Positions 58,531 to 64,000 of a stretch of 64,000 nt of DNA are shown one piece after another. How positions within the stretch are numbered: the stretch's first letter is position 1; every line of letters begins with the position of its first letter. This DNA comes from Verrucomicrobiota bacterium (GTDB lineage Bacteria; Verrucomicrobiota; Verrucomicrobiia; Limisphaerales; CANJXF01). A program made the translations under genes and the position numbers. The notes below the pieces were generated by a model. It did not search any database. It was not told where the DNA came from and saw only the letters and a program-made list of their open reading frames with translations. The stretch is from positions 32,001 through 96,000 of the forward strand of contig JBBQRQ010000003.1 in assembly GCA_038214755.1 (NCBI GenBank). The letters run 5' to 3'.

Positions 58531-61284
58531 TTAAGGAGTCAAAAATATTCTGAACCCGTTTAATCCGATTAACGTTCTCCAATATGTGTTTTGTTGAATA
58601 AAATTTGATCGAAACTGACCACTATGCCATTTGTGACGACTGAAAATACCGTTGAGAGGTTCAGGGTCAGTTGGCCAAATCGTCCATAAATTCAATTTTT
58701 CGTCGAGAGCATTTTCGTCGGACAACATGCCCAATGGATACGATCTGGCCTCGGAAGCGAAAGCCATTGCTTCGTAAGTATCGTTGATTCGAAATTCGAA
58801 ATCGAGAAAACGATAATTGAAAAACCCTCCATCTGCGGTGATATATCCAGGCCGTTGTCTAATTCCGGTCAAAACCGGCAACCCGCTACGCGCGGGAGAC
58901 GGAATTAAAAAATAAGCGGGCGTGGAAGCACTCGCTCCGATGACAGGAACACCGCCGCCGGAGAAACGGAAATAACTGTAAGTCACGCTTCCCATGATGT
59001 CCGGCTTAATTAATTGGTTCATTCCCCAAGCAGGCATGTTCAACGCATAATCGTTCGGATTATAAAAGTTCACTCGCCTGGTTGCACTGGCTCTATTTGT
59101 GTTGAGCCATCCTTGATAAACGTTCGGCGTATGACTATCCCAATCAATGGGACCATTCAGTGCAGAAAGAATCCAGCCAAAGCCCGGTATCAATGCCAAG
59201 TAGGGCCCAAACTCTTCTTGTTTGGGGTGCTGATATTGAAAAGGCATTTGAAAAACAGGGTCGCTACCATTTGGCTTATAACAATCCAACGGCACGGCAG
59301 CTTGACTTGCCACATACGTATTCACAATTTGTCCGCCATGATATTTTTCAGCATTCAACGCCAGCGCTTCACCCGCCACAATGTTTCCCATGCTGTGCGC
59401 CATCATAGAAACTTTTCCCGGATAGCGTTGATTCAAGTTCACCAAATGGCTCCGTAAACCCTCACCGGATTTCCAGGCGATAAATTCGCTACTGTCATAG
59501 TGTGTTGGATCGGTAAAGGGACCGGTTGTGGAAAAAAGTTTGTCATTAAACCCGTATTTTGTCGGCCAGCGCAGAGAACCAAACCGGTTGGTATAACCTT
59601 GCCAGTAAAGCCGTTTGAAAGCCGTCTCGGCAAAGTAGTTTTTTTCCCACAGGGCCATGTTCCAACCATGCACGAATACGATGTAATCGCGCCCACTATT
59701 TGAAGGATCGGAAAATTGCGTGGCGGATAGTCCCACAGGCAAACCGTCAGTCACAGCCACCGCATTAGTGGCTGGCTCGCTCCCGTTCCCGTCACCAATC
59801 GTCCAGCGTTCGTAGAGCTCCTTCACATCTCGTAAATCAAGAAAGACGGAAGTCTCGGCCAGCAAATTTCCGCTTTTGTAAACACTCACAGCTAACTCGC
59901 CCGCGCCTCGGCTGGTACCGCAATAAATAAAATAATCGTTTGTCCCGCGATAGGTGTCATTCTGTAGAACCGGACTCAAACCCGCTTCCACCCGCCCGAC
60001 AGCGAGCGGACTGATTCCCGGTGAACCGCTCGGCGGATAAGTGGTTGGCGCAATCTGCGCATTGGCAACGGTAGAATTGGTCAAGTAACCACGGCCGCCA
60101 TCGGCATCGCTTCCTTTAAAAACGAAAATCCCTGGACTACCGGACAGAATCGTTTTCCAACGCATGCTGATCGTGTATCCTTGTCCCGTCGGCAAATCAC
60201 GACACAGTTCCCGCAAACCGCGAACATGGAGCCGATCGTAATCTTCCAAATCACGCAACGTTGGAACACGAAAGTTGCTTTGGGCAAATGCTGCGTCGGT
60301 GATATTCGTGGATAAGTCTAACTCCAGTTCGTCCCATAAATCATCCTCCGTATAAACGGGACGGTCACAATCATTGTTCACCCAGAAAACGTACGGGTTG
60401 GAGGAACTGGTCACGTCATTAGTAGTCAGAAGTCCATCGCGGTTTTTATCCACCAACATCTGCAAAGCGTAAAAAGGTAATTCACCGTAGAAGCCATTTT
60501 CAAGAGGACGGGTCCTGATGATTTGTTTGCCTGCTGCGATAGGAATAAATCCACCTTGTGGGTTAATCAGACCGGTGCTGGCAGTCGTGTTGGTGTCGAT
60601 TTTTCCGAGGCCATTCCAGTTGGTCGCGGCGAGCCGGGTTGGATTACCACTGATAGGATCACACTTCCAAGCTCCGTCAAAGTATTGCTGCAGGTAGGTG
60701 TAAAGGCGCGGGACGGAGTAACCGGGCTGCAACGCGAAACCCGGGCGATATACTCCTTCCTGAACCCACGCGATCAACAGCTTCGATTCTCCGACTCCTC
60801 CCACTAAGCGCGCGCCTTGCGTTTGTCGCTGGGTGTCCTGCGGCCCCACCACCAGCGCGTCCACTGGAAAATTCGGATAATAACCGAAATGATAGTCCGC
60901 GATTCTGAACGAAGGAATTTCCACCTGCTGCGCCAAATCAAAGGTGCGGCTGCTCGAGTACTCCTCACTGGCAAAAAAACTTTGACCGGGCTGGATGAGA
61001 TACCCGGCGTAATTACCGGAAACAATTCCATCCACAATAAAAAGGGAAAGGTACTTGAGGCCAGCCACGTTGTAGTTGGCTGCATCCATGTTGAAATGAT
61101 ATTTCGTCAAATACGGATTTAATGATTGCTCGTGCAATCCGAAATAATCAAAACGAACTCCCGTGTTGGCCCGATTAGGATCGGAAAGACTCCAGACCCC
61201 GGAATTCCGATAACCGAAAAAATATTCCGAACCGGTGGTCCCGAGGTGCCCGTAATTGCTGGTGAAGTGATATTCAAAACGCAC
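58531..61284 (-). CDS. Putative secreted effector with C-terminal alpha/beta hydrolase; likely 5'-truncated
   Basis: VDKNRDG, FWVNND, FVHGWN, FKRLYWQGY, AHSMGN, YNPND, HKWHS; no ATG or signal peptide at the 5' end. Confidence 0.75.
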   Translation of the reverse strand: MRFEYHFTSNYGHLGTTGSEYFFGYRNSGVWSLSDPNRANTGVRFDYFGLHEQSLNPYLTKYHFNMDAANYNVAGLKYLSLFIVDGIVSGNYAGYLIQPGQSFFASEEYSSSRTFDLAQQVEIPSFRIADYHFGYYPNFPVDALVVGPQDTQRQTQGARLVGGVGESKLLIAWVQEGVYRPGFALQPGYSVPRLYTYLQQYFDGAWKCDPISGNPTRLAATNWNGLGKIDTNTTASTGLINPQGGFIPIAAGKQIIRTRPLENGFYGELPFYALQMLVDKNRDGLLTTNDVTSSSNPYVFWVNNDCDRPVYTEDDLWDELELDLSTNITDAAFAQSNFRVPTLRDLEDYDRLHVRGLRELCRDLPTGQGYTISMRWKTILSGSPGIFVFKGSDADGGRGYLTNSTVANAQIAPTTYPPSGSPGISPLAVGRVEAGLSPVLQNDTYRGTNDYFIYCGTSRGAGELAVSVYKSGNLLAETSVFLDLRDVKELYERWTIGDGNGSEPATNAVAVTDGLPVGLSATQFSDPSNSGRDYIVFVHGWNMALWEKNYFAETAFKRLYWQGYTNRFGSLRWPTKYGFNDKLFSTTGPFTDPTHYDSSEFIAWKSGEGLRSHLVNLNQRYPGKVSMMAHSMGNIVAGEALALNAEKYHGGQIVNTYVASQAAVPLDCYKPNGSDPVFQMPFQYQHPKQEEFGPYLALIPGFGWILSALNGPIDWDSHTPNVYQGWLNTNRASATRRVNFYNPNDYALNMPAWGMNQLIKPDIMGSVTYSYFRFSGGGVPVIGASASTPAYFLIPSPARSGLPVLTGIRQRPGYITADGGFFNYRFLDFEFRINDTYEAMAFASEARSYPLGMLSDENALDEKLNLWTIWPTDPEPLNGIFSRHKWHSGQFRSNFIQQNTYWRTLIGLNGFRIFLTP

Positions 61285-61305
61285 CTTGAAGACACGGCTT
61301 AGTCC

Positions 61306-62463
61306 TTAAGGTTCCGTATGCAAATAACGCGAAGCATTAGTATTGACGACGGCGGAAATGCTGAAAGGAACACCCCTTTCATCCCATATGGCAGATATGA
61401 ACACCTTCATTTTGGCATATACTCGTCCATTGCGACTTTGCACATAATACATGCCATCGTGTTGTAAACGATAAGTCGGCGTGTCAGGTCCGTACTCGAT
61501 TTGAAAACCTGGCTGGTAGCCTGTTGCCGGAGCTTCTGGAAGATATTCTAAACGCATCGGAGTTACATTGTTTTCAATCAAGCCTCCATTGACCACTGCA
61601 AAGGAGGCCTTCCAAAGAAATTTTTTTAAGTTGGTATAGGGTTCGGAACAAAAAAGGGAGACAACCAGATCGCCACCGCTTGCGGTCACATCCCCTGTGG
61701 TTAAATCGATTCGAAGAGGTTCCCCCGTAACCGCAGCGCGATAGACGCGGGTAAAACTGAACAACTGTTCCGCTTCCTTCTTTTTATATAGAACAAAAAC
61801 GACTGGATCGTTGGCATCAGGTTGATGTAGGGAATCGCTTCCTACCGGACCGTATTGAAATGATTGCACTTGAGGACTGATGTAGTTGGTTTTGCCTGTT
61901 TGAATCACAATTTGCTGTCCCCACGGAATATTAAATGAGAACCGGCCATCATTTGCAGAAATCGTTTCAAACGTTTTGTGCATAGTAGATAGAGCGGGAT
62001 TCACCACCAAGACATTCGCTTCGACTTTTACGCCCGATAAAACATTGCTCTCTCCGTCCACCGCCAGTCCGTAAAACACGAGGTCATGCGTCAGTATCTT
62101 ATTTGGATCGCTTCTGCCGGGCCGGTGAGGTTCGGAAAATGCCAGCGCTTCCAATACCTCTGGTGAAACGATCAATCCTGGTTGTAATGCTACCTGCGCC
62201 CGACGGCCGTCCTTTTCCACAGTCACCACCCGACCCGTTGAGTTGGTGATGTCTGAAATAATTCGGAGATGATTTGAGGAGTTTGGCAGTCCAGTATCCC
62301 CTAGGTGAGAGGGATCAGGAGATTCAGAATACTTGCTCGTTCTAGTTTTTTCGGACGTGCCAGTTACCGTTTCTTTGAGCGACGATAATGGTTTCCAAGT
62401 TAAGACGCCCAAGCCGACAAAAAAAAGAATAATTAAAACCAAAATAATTTTTCGGCGCTTCAT
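61306..62463 (-). CDS. Membrane-anchored putative immunity protein, paralogue 1
   Basis: MKRRKIILVLIILFFVGLGVL TM; same conserved motifs. Confidence 0.75.
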   Translation of the reverse strand: MKRRKIILVLIILFFVGLGVLTWKPLSSLKETVTGTSEKTRTSKYSESPDPSHLGDTGLPNSSNHLRIISDITNSTGRVVTVEKDGRRAQVALQPGLIVSPEVLEALAFSEPHRPGRSDPNKILTHDLVFYGLAVDGESNVLSGVKVEANVLVVNPALSTMHKTFETISANDGRFSFNIPWGQQIVIQTGKTNYISPQVQSFQYGPVGSDSLHQPDANDPVVFVLYKKKEAEQLFSFTRVYRAAVTGEPLRIDLTTGDVTASGGDLVVSLFCSEPYTNLKKFLWKASFAVVNGGLIENNVTPMRLEYLPEAPATGYQPGFQIEYGPDTPTYRLQHDGMYYVQSRNGRVYAKMKVFISAIWDERGVPFSISAVVNTNASRYLHTEP

Positions 62464-62468
62464 AAGTT

Positions 62469-63998
62469 TTAAGGCGCCTGGGTAATTTGAAAACCACGCA
62501 ACCCCAACAAGGTTGACCAATAATTTCCTTGTTGAATGAAATTCGAACGAAACTGTGCGCTGTGCCACTTGTGACGACCGTACAAGCTAAAGATGCCTAT
62601 TGGATCAACATCCGCCGGCCAAACCGTGGTTAAATCGACTTGTTGTTCAAGCGCGTTTTGTGCGGCCGACGCTCCCAATGAAAAAGTTCTGGCCTCAGAA
62701 GCGAAAGACATGACTTGATACATATCCTTCAGATTATATTCCCAATCCAAGTTTGTGACGGAAAGAAAAAAGACGCCTTCACGATACCTGAAATAGCCGG
62801 ACAATTGGCGAAAGGTCGGGGGAGTTATTCCCTGCCGGGCGCGCACAGGCAAGGTAACGGAAGGTAATGTCGATGAACTTCCGCCGACAGAAGGCACAGA
62901 GGTCCCGCCATTGCCTATTCGAACATATGAATAATCACTCGTTGGGAGAATCTGCGGTTTTATCATCTGATTGAAACCCCAAAGAGGCGTGGCCGTTGCG
63001 AAGTCGTGAATATTGTAGAAATTTATCCTTGCGCCACAACTAACCCGGTTGGTTTCAAGCCAACCCGGATAAACATCAGCGGTGTGTGAGTCAAATTCGT
63101 TTGGCGCAAGAGGATCTTTCAAAAATAACCAGACCGAAGCAAGCGGAACGGTTTTGAGTAAATCCAACCACGGATGAACGTATTGGAAGGGGGTCTGATA
63201 AATGGAATCATTATTGGTTGCGTAACACGATAAAGCCACAGCAGCTTGACTGGCCACATATCTATTCACGATCTGCCCGCCCTGATATTTCTCAGCATGG
63301 AGAGCCAATGCCTCTCCCGCGACAACCGCTCCTTGACTATGAGAAACAAGATAAACTTTTCCGGGGAACCGAGAATTCGCATTTGTCAGTAGATTGCGCA
63401 GACCTTCGCCGGATTTCCACGCGACAAATTCGCTGCGGTTGTAGTTGTCTATATCGGTGAAAGAGAACGAGGTTTCACCGAATCCATAATCAGTTGGCCA
63501 GCGTAAAGCGCCGAACCGGCCAGTATATCCTTGCCAATAAAGACGTTTAAAACCGGTATCACTCCAAATATCTTTCGAATCAGGAGTGACGTTCCAGCCA
63601 TGCACGAGAAGAATGTAGGGAGAATTAGCTGGAGAACTGGCGAAATAGGTTGCGCTCACTCCTGTTGGTAATCCACCGGCGAACAAGGACGAGGTAATGG
63701 CCGGCTCGCCACCTTTGGTATCTCCAAGCGTCCAGCGTTCATAAAGTTCTTTGACATCACGTAAGTCCAAAAAGACAGAGGTCTCCGATAGTAGAACGCC
63801 ATTCTTGTAAACGCTGACCGCCAATTCTCCCGCGCCCCGACTCGTGCCACAATAAATAAAATAATCGTTGGTGCACCGATAATTATCATTATGCAAAATC
63901 GGACTCAAATTAGATTCGACCCGCCCCGCCGCCAAGGGACTAATTCCCGGCGAACCCGATGGCGGATAAGTTGTGGGCGAAATCTGAGCATTCGCTAG
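62469..63998 (-). CDS. Putative effector with C-terminal alpha/beta hydrolase; partial, runs off the window
   Basis: LVHGWN, FKRLYWQGY, SHSQG, YNIHD, HKWHS; clear paralogue of 58531-61284. Confidence 0.78.
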   Translation of the reverse strand, partial: LANAQISPTTYPPSGSPGISPLAAGRVESNLSPILHNDNYRCTNDYFIYCGTSRGAGELAVSVYKNGVLLSETSVFLDLRDVKELYERWTLGDTKGGEPAITSSLFAGGLPTGVSATYFASSPANSPYILLVHGWNVTPDSKDIWSDTGFKRLYWQGYTGRFGALRWPTDYGFGETSFSFTDIDNYNRSEFVAWKSGEGLRNLLTNANSRFPGKVYLVSHSQGAVVAGEALALHAEKYQGGQIVNRYVASQAAVALSCYATNNDSIYQTPFQYVHPWLDLLKTVPLASVWLFLKDPLAPNEFDSHTADVYPGWLETNRVSCGARINFYNIHDFATATPLWGFNQMIKPQILPTSDYSYVRIGNGGTSVPSVGGSSSTLPSVTLPVRARQGITPPTFRQLSGYFRYREGVFFLSVTNLDWEYNLKDMYQVMSFASEARTFSLGASAAQNALEQQVDLTTVWPADVDPIGIFSLYGRHKWHSAQFRSNFIQQGNYWSTLLGLRGFQITQAP

Positions 63999-64000
63999 AG

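Noticed and set aside
56483..64000. Diversity-generating retroelement or prophage explanation for the paralogous repeats
   Set aside because: No reverse transcriptase, adenine-specific TR/VR pair or phage genes; divergence is spread across whole genes.

Overview
A chromosomal segment of a moderately GC-rich bacterium, most likely Verrucomicrobiota subdivision 3 (Pedosphaera-like). This is inferred from the lpxC-fabZ fusion, the H-X9-DG prepilin-like protein, the TIGR02999-type ECF sigma factor, the UBact-proteasome operon and the C-terminal '...FYR/FFR' domains. Core genes are nusA-infB-rbfA-nrnA-truB-ribF (with a nucleotidyltransferase and a HicBA module inserted), smc, hemQ/chdC, lpxC-fabZ, lpxA, icd, dxs and xseB. 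A decaying accessory region (~19.6-33.1 kb) carries a type II R-M pair with a nonsense-disrupted endonuclease, IS200-like tnpA fragments, Fic and DUF433/PIN toxin-antitoxin pairs, two CHAT-protease copies, an IS1182 element joining two decapitated genes, and an orphan 3' end of mutS. A UBact-prcB-prcA-pafA operon lies at 37.9-41.4 kb and a tandem hydrolase-effector/immunity-like array at 56.5-64 kb. Two signals stand out. (1) An ~870-nt minus-strand region without a credible ORF (47.41-48.28 kb) folds by eye into a continuous run of GNRA-capped, G-U-containing hairpins between a promoter/boxA-like motif and a terminator, making it a candidate unrecognised large structured ncRNA. (2) REP-like palindromic elements are inserted in-frame in protein loops (SMC hinge, CHAT proteases), with different REP families at the same loop in the two paralogues. 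All calls are by eye; no database search or folding program was run.
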